55,363 bases of DNA from an uncultured Desulfobacteraceae bacterium (GCA_964549945.1 CAZJXD010000003.1:64328-119690), one strand, 5' to 3'. Shown: positions 37,617 through 48,922, counted from the first letter of the stretch. The notes: generated by a model from the sequence alone, not told the origin. Translations and numbers: made by a program.

Positions 37617-38624
37617 ATGAACGCAACACCATTACCCCCACACGCACAGATGATGCAGTTCATCCTCGGCAAGTGGATAAGAAAGCCCATTTACGTGGCA
37701 GCCGAACTCGGAATCGCGGACATGGTAGCCGATGGGCCGAAGAGCGTCGATGAACTCGCGCATATGAGCAAGGTACATGCTCCCTCGCTCTATCGAGTGA
37801 TGAGGGCTTTAGCGAGTGTAGGCATCTTCACTGAGACCAGTGAGAAAAGGTTTTCGCTCACCCCCATGGCCGAGTGCCTTACGAGGGGGGCTATGAGATC
37901 CATTGCCTTGATGTTCAATTCGGACTGGCATGACAAGGCCTGGGAGAACGTGCTCTATAGCGTGAGAACAGGAAAGGCGGCCTTTGACAAGGCCCACGGG
38001 ATGCCGATCTTTGAATGGTTTAGGAAACATCCTCGTGCCGCACACATATATCACGAGGCGAATGCCATAAAGGCGATGACCTCTCATCGGGCGATTATCA
38101 ATGCCTATGATTTCTCCGGCATAGCTAGGCTCACCGATGTGGGCGGCGGTCACGGCGCCCTGATTGCCGAGATCCTGGGGGCGAATCCGGCAATGAGGGG
38201 TGTTGTCGCCGATCTTCCGTCAGTCGTGAAAGAGGCAAGGGAATTCATTCACAACAGAGGCCTTGAAACTCGCTGCGAGGCGATCGAGTGTGATTTTTTT
38301 AAAGAGATCCCCGCGGGAAGTGAGGCCTATCTCATGGCCCACATCCTCCACGACTGGGATGATGAGAGGTGCCAAAGGATTTTAGCAAATTGTCACGCGG
38401 CAATGAAACCCGGCTCAACCCTTTTGGTCGTGGAAACGGTGATTCCCCCTGGAAATGAGTTTTCCGTAGCAAAGCTTCTGGATCTGGAGGTGTTGGTGAT
38501 GGGGGGAGGCCGTGAGCGGACGGAAGGGGAGTTCCGGGATCTATTTGAGTCCGCGGGGTTTACCCTCTCTCGGGTTGTTCCCACCCAGGAGAGCATTTCC
38601 TTGATTGAGGGCATCCGGTCATAG
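37617..38624 (+). CDS. SAM-dependent O-methyltransferase (family 2, with dimerisation domain)
   Basis: AAELGIAD, DVGGGHG, CDFF, HILHDWDD, GGRERT. AAGGAG SD upstream. Confidence 0.92.
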   Translation: MNATPLPPHAQMMQFILGKWIRKPIYVAAELGIADMVADGPKSVDELAHMSKVHAPSLYRVMRALASVGIFTETSEKRFSLTPMAECLTRGAMRSIALMFNSDWHDKAWENVLYSVRTGKAAFDKAHGMPIFEWFRKHPRAAHIYHEANAIKAMTSHRAIINAYDFSGIARLTDVGGGHGALIAEILGANPAMRGVVADLPSVVKEAREFIHNRGLETRCEAIECDFFKEIPAGSEAYLMAHILHDWDDERCQRILANCHAAMKPGSTLLVVETVIPPGNEFSVAKLLDLEVLVMGGGRERTEGEFRDLFESAGFTLSRVVPTQESISLIEGIRS

Positions 38625-38825
38625 CTATTTTTATGAAATCAAAGAATAATCTTAAGCAGTGGATAAATTGAGGAGTTTTAAGGTGCGGGATATCTTCATG
38701 ATATCTCAATGTCATGGAGCCTTGAGTTCTTGTAATCAAAGCGATCAAAGCTTTTGACAAGTCCGATTTTCGTGAGGTACTCTTAATATATTTGTACTCG
38801 ATACAAAAGCAAAAGGATATTATAA

Positions 38826-39500
38826 GTGGAAATACTCACTACCTCTTGCACCGAAGTCACGCAAATCAAGTTAATTCAATATAAAAGAGCCTCTCTGCTC
38901 GCGCAGATCACGATCTACTATAATCTAATTGAGGGGATGGTATCGGTATTTTTCGGTGTTGCGGATGAAACTCTATCATTGTTCGGTTTTGGAATCGATT
39001 CCTTTGTCGAGGTCTTATCTGGTATTGGTATTTGGAATATGGTGCGAAGAATGAAGCATAACCCGAACGCTGATCCGGGACCATTTGAAAAAAAAGCACT
39101 TCAGATCACAGGCATTGCGTTTTATATACTGGCGGTTGGCCTAGTAATCACCGCCGTTATCAATCTATATCGAGGCCATCGACCTGAAACCACTTTCTGG
39201 GGAATTGTAATTGCGGCGATATCCATCTTTACAATGTGGGCTTTGATCTACTTCAAGGTTAAAGTGGGAAGGCAGCTGAATTCTGATGCAATTTTGGAAG
39301 ATGCCAATTGTACAAAAGCCTGTCTCTATCTCTCCTTTACTTTGCTTTTGGCCAGCGTGGGATTTGAATTGACTGGCATAGGAGGAATTGATTCTATAGG
39401 AGCTATCCTGATAGCAATATTCTCATTCCGGGAGGGCCGGGAATCTTTTGAAAAAGCTCATGGTGAATCCTGTCATTGTGATCGCGCTCAAAGCTCATAA
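38826..39500 (+). CDS. CDF-like (TMEM163-type) cation transporter
   Basis: YNLIEG, GFGIDSFVE, DANCT..C, REGRE, C-terminal CHC. Confidence 0.8.
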   Translation: MEILTTSCTEVTQIKLIQYKRASLLAQITIYYNLIEGMVSVFFGVADETLSLFGFGIDSFVEVLSGIGIWNMVRRMKHNPNADPGPFEKKALQITGIAFYILAVGLVITAVINLYRGHRPETTFWGIVIAAISIFTMWALIYFKVKVGRQLNSDAILEDANCTKACLYLSFTLLLASVGFELTGIGGIDSIGAILIAIFSFREGRESFEKAHGESCHCDRAQSS

Positions 39501-39631
39501 GCAAGAATTCTCTGGCCTTTGAGCTGGATCAGTCAGAAGTTTTGGATTTCTCCAACATACCCGATACTTTCCGCCTTTTTATCTCGTGGCAAGCGATCAC
39601 AGGTTCAGCTTTTAAAATCGCAACTCTCGAT

Positions 39632-39865
39632 TTATTTTCGCAGATTGTTTTGGAACCTACGTCCCCTTTTATCCCCTTTTACATACGACTCGATTGAAAA
39701 AGGTATTTTATCCATAATGAGAGATTGCTTTCCTAATAAGTAGGCAAACTTCTCAACTACTGGAACTGAGCCAAATTCATAGTTGTCAGCCTTTTCCTTT
39801 GGCATATACTCGTGCCAATCAACCCAACTCTTTTTTTCGTATCCATCCCAATTAGGTATTATCAT
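39632..39865 (-). pseudogene. Low-GC gene fragment of unknown function
   Basis: 77-aa ORF in an AT-rich tract. The frame continues past the stop with further in-frame stops. Confidence 0.3.
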
Positions 39866-40812
39866 TCAGTTCATAAGAAAATCAATTTCTGCAAATTAAA
39901 GAATACGATAAGGATTAATGAAATATATCGATATTCAAGTATGATTATCCTATTCTTGAGTTACAACCAGCTTTCACGTATCAATCATATCAGAAGTGAT
40001 CATTAGCGACACCGCAACATATTGTATAGCCCGGATCCCCGCCAAATGCTGCGATCACTGCTATGCCCCTGAAATCCCCAATGTATCTAAAATGCTATGA
40101 TATGATTTTCGTATCTTCAGTATTATCGACCACCATCATGCAATCCTGAACTGGCCTTTCCTCTGTTAAAGATCCATTAGCGCCTGGCTTCTGGGATTTG
40201 AGCCGATCGGGTTCCCGAATATCCCAGGGGTTACCGTAAGAATAGGGGGGAAGGTGCAAGGCAGATAGGTAAAGACAGAGGGCCTGGGGAGCAAGGTCGT
40301 GGTAAGCTGAAAGCCAGGGGCTAAAAGCATATTGGGCTGGAGACTCACTCAGATATGAAATCTCTTAGCTCGCGTTCACCTAGTCGGGACCTTGACCAGT
40401 TCGTCGGGCGCTGCCTTTTGCTCAGCTGAGCACGATATCGAATCAGAGCCGCCAAGAAAATGATTGACATCCATCTGATATATGAAATACGAAAGTTACT
40501 TATGAATTCTGAATCTCATCTCCGAGCCGAATTTTCCGAAAGCGAGACGTTCGTATCGGATGTGCAGCTCCCATGAGTGCTGAATGACCTCGATTCACTA
40601 CCTCAAAAGATTCGGGGTTTATGCCAATGCCTTCTAAACCCCCTTCCGAGGCATTGGTGCAGACAATACGCATCCGGCATAAAAACAGCCGTTGGATTTT
40701 TTATCCGAGGTGGTTTAAAAGCATGGGAAGAATATACAGCAGATGGCCGGACACGGCGTCTTGCAGGGATAATGTCTGACATCACCGAACGCACGCAGGC
40801 AGAGGAGTTGCA

Positions 40813-43116
40813 ATGGAAGAACAAATGAGGCGCACAGGGATAGATGTCATCGGCAATGCCCCTTGGGGCACCCATCTATGCCAGTTTTACCAGAGCAAAC
40901 AGGACCTGATCGATATCTTGGTGCCTTACTTCCGACAGGGACTGGCCGACAACGAGTTCTGCATGTGGATCACCTCTGAGCCGCTGGGGGTGGACGAAGC
41001 AAGGGCGTCCCTGAAATCCGTCGAGCCAGCCCTCGACGACTATATCCACAGGGGCCAGATCGAGATACTGGATTACACCCAGTGGTACACCCGCACGGGC
41101 AGGTTCAATATGGACGAGGTACTTCAGGGCTGGATCGATAAGCTGGAAGGCGCCCTTGATCGCGGCTACGAGGGTTTGCGCCTGACCGGCAACACCTTCT
41201 GGCTCAAGGACAAGGACTGGGCGGATTTCACCGCTTATGAGGAGGCCATCAATCGCGTCATCGGCAAGTATCGCATGCTGGCGGTCTGCACCTATTGCCT
41301 CGATAAATGCAGCGCTCATGAAATTATGGACGTGATGAGCAACCACCGCTTCGCGCTCGTTAAGCGAGCCGGCCGCTGGCAGATGATCGAGAGCAGCGAG
41401 CACCAGAAAACCGAAGCTGTCCTGCGCGAGAGCGAGGAACGGCTGAACCGGGCCCAGGAGATTGCCCATCTCGGCAGTTGGGAACTCGATCTCGTAAGCA
41501 ACCGGTTAACATGGTCGGACGAGGTGTACCGGATCTTCGGGCTTCAGCCGCAGGAATTCGGCTCGACTTATGAGGCCTTCCTGGAGCACGTACATCCCGA
41601 GGACCGCACCGCGGTGGACGCCGCCTACTCCGGGTCAATCCGCGACGGAAGGGACACCTATGAAATCGATCACCGGATTCTGCGGAAAGCTACAGGAGAA
41701 ATACGATATGTCCATGAAAAATGCGAGCATGTCCGTGACCAAACCGGCAGGATCATCCGGTCCTTTGGCATGGTGCATGACATCACGGAGCGCAAGCGGG
41801 CGGAGGAGCGGACAGTCCGGCAGAACGCGGTGCTCTCAGGCATAGCTCGTATTTTTCAGGAGGCTCTGACCTGCCAGACCGAAGAGGAACTGGGCGGCGT
41901 ATGCCTGGCCGTGGCCGAGGAGGTTACGCAGAGTAGGTTCGGGTTCATTGGAGAGATCAACCCTCAGACCGGAAAGCTGGACAACGTCGCTATTAGCGAT
42001 CCGGGCTGGGAACTATGCCGTATGGGGTACAAGCCGGTCCATGGAAAGAGGGTGCCCCGCGATTTTCCGATCCACGGTATCTACGGCCGGGTGCTGCTGG
42101 ATGGAAAGGGCATCTTCACCAATGACCCGCTCTCGCACCCTGACAGCATCGGCATGCCTGCGGGTCATCCGCCTCTGGCGGCATTCCTGGGCGTGCCCCT
42201 GATCCACGCCGGGAGGACCACCGGCATGGTGGGGCTGGGCAACCGCGAAGGCGGCTATGGACCAGAAGAATTGGAGGCGGTCGAAGCGCTCGCCCCGGCC
42301 ATTGTCCAGGCGTTCCTCAGCAAGCGGGCGGAGGAGGAGATTCGCAATGCACGGGATGAACTCGAAGTGCGCGTTCAGGAACGCACCTTCGAGCTTGAAT
42401 CCGCCAACAAGGCCCTGGAAGGGGAGATCGTTGAGAGAAAGCGGATAGAGAAAAGGCTTCGACATCTGTCAGCCCGACTCCTGGAAGTCCAGGAGACCGA
42501 GAGGAGGAATGTCGCCCTTGATCTCCATGACAGCCTCAGCAGCAGCCTGGCAGGCATCAAGATGGCTCTGGAGTATAAGCTCAGGGGCATTCTGAATGGG
42601 AAAGGCGCTTCCGAGAGCACAACCCTGGAAGAGATCATTGACCTGGTCAAGAAGTGCATTACGGAGAGCAGTAGGATTCAGCACAATCTGCGACCCTCTG
42701 TTCTGGATCTTCTCGGTCTGGCTCCGGCTCTTCGTTCCCTTTACAGGGACTTTGAAAACACGCACCGAAACATCAAGGCTACTTGCACGTTGACAATCGA
42801 GGAGGTGGATGTGCCGGAAGACCTGAAAATCATTATGTACAGGATCTCACAGGAAGCGCTCAACAACGCGGCCAAGCACAGCGGCGCGGGAAATGTGAGC
42901 CTTTCTTTGACCCATCAGCAGGGCGAGATCCAACTGATGATCCAGGATGACGGGCGCGGTTTCGATGCGGAGAAGGCTTTCAGCCCCGAAAAGATCAGAC
43001 GAGGTATCGGGCTTGCCAGCATGAAAGAGCGGTGTGAACTATCAGGGGGGTCCTTTTCCATCCATTCCCGGAAAGGCGAGGGGACCACGGTTCACGCCCG
43101 CTGGCTGTGCGGTTGA
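40813..43116 (+). CDS. MEDS-PAS-GAF sensor histidine kinase (HisKA_3/NarX-like)
   Basis: MEDS (PWGTHLCQFY, GLRLTGN, AVCTY), PAS/PAC (VHPEDR, HDITERK), GAF, ERRNVALDLHD, QEALNNAAKH, DDGRGF. Confidence 0.92.
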   Translation: MEEQMRRTGIDVIGNAPWGTHLCQFYQSKQDLIDILVPYFRQGLADNEFCMWITSEPLGVDEARASLKSVEPALDDYIHRGQIEILDYTQWYTRTGRFNMDEVLQGWIDKLEGALDRGYEGLRLTGNTFWLKDKDWADFTAYEEAINRVIGKYRMLAVCTYCLDKCSAHEIMDVMSNHRFALVKRAGRWQMIESSEHQKTEAVLRESEERLNRAQEIAHLGSWELDLVSNRLTWSDEVYRIFGLQPQEFGSTYEAFLEHVHPEDRTAVDAAYSGSIRDGRDTYEIDHRILRKATGEIRYVHEKCEHVRDQTGRIIRSFGMVHDITERKRAEERTVRQNAVLSGIARIFQEALTCQTEEELGGVCLAVAEEVTQSRFGFIGEINPQTGKLDNVAISDPGWELCRMGYKPVHGKRVPRDFPIHGIYGRVLLDGKGIFTNDPLSHPDSIGMPAGHPPLAAFLGVPLIHAGRTTGMVGLGNREGGYGPEELEAVEALAPAIVQAFLSKRAEEEIRNARDELEVRVQERTFELESANKALEGEIVERKRIEKRLRHLSARLLEVQETERRNVALDLHDSLSSSLAGIKMALEYKLRGILNGKGASESTTLEEIIDLVKKCITESSRIQHNLRPSVLDLLGLAPALRSLYRDFENTHRNIKATCTLTIEEVDVPEDLKIIMYRISQEALNNAAKHSGAGNVSLSLTHQQGEIQLMIQDDGRGFDAEKAFSPEKIRRGIGLASMKERCELSGGSFSIHSRKGEGTTVHARWLCG

Positions 43117-43199
43117 GAAATACCAGGAAGGGTATGATCCTCGATTTTCTGTCTTCCTATAAGTTTTCATGTCCTCAAATGTCCGGCAACTTCAATTCC

Positions 43200-44366
43200 C
43201 TACTCCATGGGTCTTTCTCGTGCCAGGGAAAGCACCAATGCAGAAAAACCCGCTACCAGGGCCAGGCTAAGGAAGCAATTAGGGAGGCTCATGCGCTCCG
43301 ATGCCCATCCGACCATAACCGGTGCGAGGGAGGCTATGCCCATGCGCATCGTGTAGTAAAACCCCAATGTCTCTTCTCGGCGTTGAGGGGGTATCATCTC
43401 GATCAAAAACGTATCCGCCAGCCCTGTATGGCCGCTTCCGAAGGTACCGAGCAACACGATGGCTGAATAGAGCATCAAAAGGTTATCGATCTTTGCGATA
43501 CCCAGGATCGAGATGCTGGAGACGATGAATCCCCCGATTACCACCGGTTTCCGCCGCCCCATCCAATCCGTCAGGGCACCGAAAAAGGGCCGGCAAACGG
43601 TGCCCGAGAATGACATGATGCCAAAGGCTGCCGCGGCTGCTTCCTTGCTGAATCGCCGGTGGTCCACCAGGAAAAGGGGAAGAAATGCCATCAGCCCGCT
43701 CTGGCTGATCCCCCATATGCCGATAGCTACAAGGTAGATACCTATGGAGTGAGAGAAGAACGGCCACCGCACGGCCTTGCTCTGTGGCTGGAGATCCTGC
43801 CTCTGGTTCCTCAGGAAATAAAAGAGGCTCAAACCTGCCAAGATGCCAAGTGTGGACCATACCTGAAGGGGGAGCCGCCAATTGAAACGAGCCAGGAGGA
43901 GCCCTACCAGAAAGGGTGCGATTACCATACCTGCCGAGCTGGCGCTCAGATGAAGCGCCATGGCACGACCGAAGGATTTCCTCCCGAACAGCCTCGACAG
44001 GATCGTCACGGCCAAAGGATGATAGGTGGACCTTCCGATTCCGCTTATGGCGGAAGTTCCCACCAGCAGTCCGTACCTCGAACTCATGCTTGCCAGAAAC
44101 ATTCCTATCGATGACCACAGGAGCCCTCCCGCCAGGATAAGGGATATTGGCGCGAGATGAACTAGATAGGAAATCGGTGCCTGAAATACGCTCCCTGCAA
44201 ACTGATACACCGTGTAAAAGGCGCCCATCTCCGTGTAGGAAAGATTGAAATACTCACGGATCGCGGGCAAGAGAGGCGGGATGATCCATCCGAACCCATC
44301 GTTAACTGCATGGGCAGCCATGAACACCGCCAAGACAAACAAGGATTGTCTTCTTTGAGGAGTCAT
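43200..44366 (-). CDS. MFS transporter (fosmidomycin-resistance/Fsr-like)
   Basis: HAVND...PLLP, STYHP, GALTDWMGRR, about 12 TMs. Start moved to ATG 44366. Confidence 0.85.
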   Translation of the reverse strand: MTPQRRQSLFVLAVFMAAHAVNDGFGWIIPPLLPAIREYFNLSYTEMGAFYTVYQFAGSVFQAPISYLVHLAPISLILAGGLLWSSIGMFLASMSSRYGLLVGTSAISGIGRSTYHPLAVTILSRLFGRKSFGRAMALHLSASSAGMVIAPFLVGLLLARFNWRLPLQVWSTLGILAGLSLFYFLRNQRQDLQPQSKAVRWPFFSHSIGIYLVAIGIWGISQSGLMAFLPLFLVDHRRFSKEAAAAAFGIMSFSGTVCRPFFGALTDWMGRRKPVVIGGFIVSSISILGIAKIDNLLMLYSAIVLLGTFGSGHTGLADTFLIEMIPPQRREETLGFYYTMRMGIASLAPVMVGWASERMSLPNCFLSLALVAGFSALVLSLARERPME

Positions 44367-44619
44367 GCGCTTTTGGTTGTCTTTCTCGCTTATAATTGGA
44401 GTCGATGGCACTTCGTTTCTCGCAGCTTGTTGCTCATTGCATGACGATAATCCATTTGAGGCGGGAAGGAATATAAGGAAATCGCGGTTGCATGTCAACA
44501 ATGAGGTCACATCAAGGGATGAGCATGTTTCGCAGGTTATCCTCACTTAAACGGATGCTAAGAGCTGGGAAGGCCCTTGAATACCTCGGAGTCAACTCGC
44601 GGAGGGAGGTCCCTTTCAA

Positions 44620-45381
44620 TTAAAAGACGGGCAGCAGCTTCCTTTTCATCTCCTCGTATCCCCGCTCCATTAGGGGCCTGAGGTGTACGATATCAGCGGT
44701 GTTGTACTGGATCAATCGTTCAAGGGCGCTCCTGTCGCCTCCTTGATAGGCCCTCCAGAGCAACACGGCATCAAATCCGTCCATGCCGTCGATATCGAAG
44801 CCGCGAGACAGGTTGAATGTTCTTTCAATCGCCTTGAGCCCTCCGCGGTAGCCAAGCTTCCTCAGGAAGAAGCGCAGGTCTATGTGGGCAGGTGGCAGCC
44901 AGATGTTCGGAAATTGCCGCCGTATAAAGGGCAAATCGAATTGCGATCCATTGAAGGTGATCACCAGATCGTAGGGGGTGATCTCAGTTTCAAAGGCATC
45001 CAGGTTGACGCCCTGTATGAAGGTCTTGATCTGCGTTCCATCATAGATGCCGATAACGGTTATCTCGTCAACTCCCCCGTAGAGCCCGCTCGTTTCAATG
45101 TCGAGGTATACCGCCCTTTGCTTGAAGGCGCCGAAAATCCGCCACAGCTCTCCAGGAGAGAGCTTATCTAAGAAGAAGTGGATGTTATCCCTGTTTTCAA
45201 GGGAGGCCTCGAGATTCCGACGCACAAAGGCATCACGAGCAGGGGAGAGGAGGGGCTTCTTGGTATCGAGGTAGTGATTCCATGTGAGGACATCATGTTG
45301 CCAGAGGTGCTGTTCTGTCTTCGGGCCGATGCCGGGGATGTGGATAAAGGTACGTTCCAGCAAGGGGATTTCCTCTTTCAA
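44620..45381 (-). CDS. YprB-like RNase H-fold exonuclease
   Basis: HhH IPGIG, YLDIETSG, TFNGSQFDLP, GGLKAIE, YNTAD. Confidence 0.88.
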   Translation of the reverse strand: MKEEIPLLERTFIHIPGIGPKTEQHLWQHDVLTWNHYLDTKKPLLSPARDAFVRRNLEASLENRDNIHFFLDKLSPGELWRIFGAFKQRAVYLDIETSGLYGGVDEITVIGIYDGTQIKTFIQGVNLDAFETEITPYDLVITFNGSQFDLPFIRRQFPNIWLPPAHIDLRFFLRKLGYRGGLKAIERTFNLSRGFDIDGMDGFDAVLLWRAYQGGDRSALERLIQYNTADIVHLRPLMERGYEEMKRKLLPVF

Positions 45382-46112
45382 TGGTTAATTGAGCCCAGGC
45401 CATCAAGGCCATGCAATGGCTCGCCATGGCCCGGATACACGGATTTTATCTTCAAGGGCAAGAGCTTTCGGAACGATTTCCCTATTGCCTCGCAGTCGGA
45501 GCAGAAGTGATTCACCTCGCCATGGCCCCTCATGTTGAGTATGGTATCACCCGAGACAAGGATCTCTTCATCGCCATTATAGAGGCAGATGCTGTCAGGG
45601 GTGTGACCGGGGGTTGTGATCAGGTCCCAGCGGGGAAGATGGGGGACCCCGCGTCCTTCCTCCAACGTGCATTCAGGGGTATAGCGGGAGGGGAGGAGGT
45701 TTCTCAAAAGCGGCAGGGGAATGGCGACCTTGTCGCTTGTAAGGGAGGCCGCGGTATTCCTGAGGTGATTTTCCTCCGCCATAACTACCGGCACCAGCCC
45801 CTTGAGCCATTTGTCCAGCGGGAAGAGGGCGAGCCTCTTTCTTTTTTGAAGGTAGTCCCCGACCGCGGTGACGAAGCAGACCTTCACATCCGGGAAGAGG
45901 TGGATAATCCTGGATATGCCGCCCACGTGATCTATATGAAAATGGGTGGCGGTCACCATTCGAAGCGATGGAAGGGTTCTTGATTGTTCAAGCAGGTACT
46001 GGCGAATTTTGTCGGCTGCCCTTGCGGTGCCCACATCCACCGCAACAAGGGAGGCTCCATCCTCTATCAGGTAGGTATTGGCATAGCCGCCTCTTATGAG
46101 ATGAACGGGCAT
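45378..46112 (-). CDS. Metallo-beta-lactamase fold hydrolase
   Basis: THFHIDHVGG, TPGHTPD, SGD, YPGHG. Confidence 0.88.
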   Translation of the reverse strand: MPVHLIRGGYANTYLIEDGASLVAVDVGTARAADKIRQYLLEQSRTLPSLRMVTATHFHIDHVGGISRIIHLFPDVKVCFVTAVGDYLQKRKRLALFPLDKWLKGLVPVVMAEENHLRNTAASLTSDKVAIPLPLLRNLLPSRYTPECTLEEGRGVPHLPRWDLITTPGHTPDSICLYNGDEEILVSGDTILNMRGHGEVNHFCSDCEAIGKSFRKLLPLKIKSVYPGHGEPLHGLDGLGSINH

Positions 46113-46261
46113 AATTTTGACATGCTGGAGCTTTTACGGAGATATTTTTGGAAACCTCGGTCGTACATTCCTACAGCAACCGGGTTATACGTCAATTTTC
46201 GATTGATTATTTTCGACTAAAAGAGGTCGATACTCTGACATTTCATATAATTCTCAATCCC

Positions 46262-48922
46262 TTAATCCCCCGATCCCTCAATCTCCTCAATCATCTCATA
46301 TGCCTTGGAGAGGACCTTTTTTAGCTCCGAGGCCTTTGTGCCGCCCCCCTCTGCCATATCCCTCCTGCCCCCTCCTCTCCCGCCAACGAGGACGGAGAGG
46401 TTCCTGATAATCTGGCCAGCGTGAAATCGTTCGGTCAGGTCCGGCGTGACCCTGCACAGCAGGAACACCTTGCCATCGCCCCGGGCACCGAGCACTATGA
46501 TGCCGGAGCCCAGTTTATCTCTCAGGTGATCACCGAATTCCCTCAGATCTCTGGGGCTACCCACTGCGATCTCCTGGCTTATCACCCTGATTCCGTTTAC
46601 CTCCCTGGCGGTGCCGATGAGCTCCTCGGATTGTCTGGTCGCGAGCCTGGATTTGAGGGATTCGATCTCGCGGTCCCTTTCCTTCTGCTCCCGGATGAGA
46701 TGTTCGACCCGTGTGATGAGCTGTTCCGGCGTGGTTTTCAGGATGCTCGCTATGGTCTTGAGGTTGTCCGTTTCCTTTTGAATTTCCCTGATGGCACCCT
46801 CGCCAGTGAGGGCCTCAATCCTCCTGATGCCCGAGGAAACCGCTCCTTCACTCAATATAAGGAAGGCACCGATATCTCCCGTGGCGTGCACATGAGTTCC
46901 TCCGCAGAGCTCCCTGCTCAGGCCTTCCCCCACGGTCACGAGCCGCACCTCGTCGCCGTATCGTTCCTCAAAAAGCGCAATCGCATCCTGTCGAAACGCC
47001 TCATCCCTCGGCATCACGCGGGTGGTGACCGGGAGATTCCTCTGGATGGTGAGGTTCACGATCATCTCGACCTCTTGTAATCTCTCGTGGGGTATTTGGG
47101 CGAAATGGGTGAAGTCGAACCTCATCCTGTCAGGTCCCACGTGCGATCCCGCCTGTTTCACATGCTCTCCCAGGGTCTCCCTCAACGCGGCCTGAAGCAG
47201 ATGGGTCGCCGTGTGATTATGGGCGGTATTGGTTCTCCTTCGTTCATCAACGGCTGCCTCGACCGCGTCTCCTGTGGAGATTGCGCCCTCAACGATCGTT
47301 GCCTTGTGCACCACGAGGTTGGTCAGGTATCTGGCCGTGTCGGCGACCTCAATCCTCGCGTTCTCATTGCTGATCCACCCCGTATCTCCCACCTGGCCGC
47401 CGGCCTTGCTGTAGAAGGGGCTTTGATCAAGGATGATCTCTATCTCCTCTCCTTTATGGGCTGAATCGACCTCCTGACCCTCCCTGAGCAACGAGAGTAC
47501 GTTCGCCCTCGCCGTGAGGGCATCATAACCCAGGAATTCCGTGCCGATGCCTCTCGCCTCAAGCCTTATGTAGACCTCGGGCACCTCCTCCTCGCCGCTC
47601 CCCCTCCAACTTCTCTGAGAGGCGGCCCTCTGCTCGGACATGGCCCGATCGAATCCTCCCATGTCAACAGTGAGGTCCTCCTCCCTGGCGATATCCTGGA
47701 CCAGGTCAGGGGGAAACCCGAAGGTGTCATAGAGCCTGAACACCAGTGCACCAGGGATGGTGCGCTCGCTCTTGGCGCGCAACTCATCAAGGCCTCCCTT
47801 TAAAAGGGAGAGGCCGTGGAAGAGGGTGTCGGCGAACCTCTTCTCCTCGTTGATCACCACTTCATGGATGAATTTCCTCGATTGGATGAGCTCCGGATAG
47901 TCGCTTCCCATCTCATCGGCGACCTTGTCCGTGAGACGATAGAGGAAGGGGTCTTTTAGGCCAAGGATCTGGCCGTATCGTATGGCCCGGCGAATGATCC
48001 TCCTGAGCACGTAGCCCCTGCCCTCGTTGGAAGGCATGATCCCGTCGGCGATCAGAAACGCAGCGGCCCTGCTGTGATCGGCAACCACCTTGAACGAGAT
48101 ATCGCTTTTCTTATCCTGGCCGTATCGAATCCCTGCCAGCTCCTCGGTGAGCCTTGTGATCTCCGAGAACAGATCAGTTTCATAGTTAGATGAGACTCCC
48201 TGCATGACCGCGGCCAGCCTCTCAAGGCCCATGCCTGTATCGATATTCTTGCTGGCCAGCGGGGTCAGCGTGCCGTCGGGCCCTCTGTCGAACTGGGTGA
48301 AGACCAGGTTCCATAGCTCGAGGTACCTGTCGCACTCACAGCCTACCTGACAATCGGGTTTGCCGCAGCCGGCCTCCGGGCCTTGATCGAAGTAGATCTC
48401 CGAGCAAGGGCCGCACGGCCCAGTTTCCCCCATGGCCCAGAAATTCTCCTCCTCTCCGAATCGGAAGATCTTCTCGGGGGGAACCCCGATCCTTTCATTC
48501 CATATCTCATACGCCTCATCGTCATCCGTGTAGATGGAGACCCACAGCTTTTCCTCGGGCAGCCCGTATCCGATGGTCAGCAGTTCCCAGGCCATGTCAA
48601 TGGCCCCTTCTTTGAAGTAATCGCCGAAGGAGAAGTTCCCCAGCATCTCGAAGAAGGTATGATGCCGATTGGTGTAGCCCACCTCATCTAGGTCGTTGTG
48701 TTTTCCTCCCGCCCTCACGCATTTCTGGGAACTCGCCGCCCTCGTATAGGACCTCTTCTCCAGGCCGAGGAAGAGGTTCTTGAATGGGACCATGCCGGCA
48801 TTGGTGAAAAGCAGCGTTGGATCATCCCTTGGAATCAACGAGGCGCTCATCACTATCTCGTGGCCCTGTTTTCTGAAGTACTGCAAGAATGTATCCCTGA
48901 TTTCCCTGCTATCCATATTCAT
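46262..48922 (-). CDS. alaS: Alanine--tRNA ligase
   Basis: DPTLLFTNAGM, HHTFFEMLGNFSFGDYFK, DTGMGLER, HTATH, ELCGGTH, GGGRRDMAEGGG. Confidence 0.98.
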   Translation of the reverse strand: MNMDSREIRDTFLQYFRKQGHEIVMSASLIPRDDPTLLFTNAGMVPFKNLFLGLEKRSYTRAASSQKCVRAGGKHNDLDEVGYTNRHHTFFEMLGNFSFGDYFKEGAIDMAWELLTIGYGLPEEKLWVSIYTDDDEAYEIWNERIGVPPEKIFRFGEEENFWAMGETGPCGPCSEIYFDQGPEAGCGKPDCQVGCECDRYLELWNLVFTQFDRGPDGTLTPLASKNIDTGMGLERLAAVMQGVSSNYETDLFSEITRLTEELAGIRYGQDKKSDISFKVVADHSRAAAFLIADGIMPSNEGRGYVLRRIIRRAIRYGQILGLKDPFLYRLTDKVADEMGSDYPELIQSRKFIHEVVINEEKRFADTLFHGLSLLKGGLDELRAKSERTIPGALVFRLYDTFGFPPDLVQDIAREEDLTVDMGGFDRAMSEQRAASQRSWRGSGEEEVPEVYIRLEARGIGTEFLGYDALTARANVLSLLREGQEVDSAHKGEEIEIILDQSPFYSKAGGQVGDTGWISNENARIEVADTARYLTNLVVHKATIVEGAISTGDAVEAAVDERRRTNTAHNHTATHLLQAALRETLGEHVKQAGSHVGPDRMRFDFTHFAQIPHERLQEVEMIVNLTIQRNLPVTTRVMPRDEAFRQDAIALFEERYGDEVRLVTVGEGLSRELCGGTHVHATGDIGAFLILSEGAVSSGIRRIEALTGEGAIREIQKETDNLKTIASILKTTPEQLITRVEHLIREQKERDREIESLKSRLATRQSEELIGTAREVNGIRVISQEIAVGSPRDLREFGDHLRDKLGSGIIVLGARGDGKVFLLCRVTPDLTERFHAGQIIRNLSVLVGGRGGGRRDMAEGGGTKASELKKVLSKAYEMIEEIEGSGD

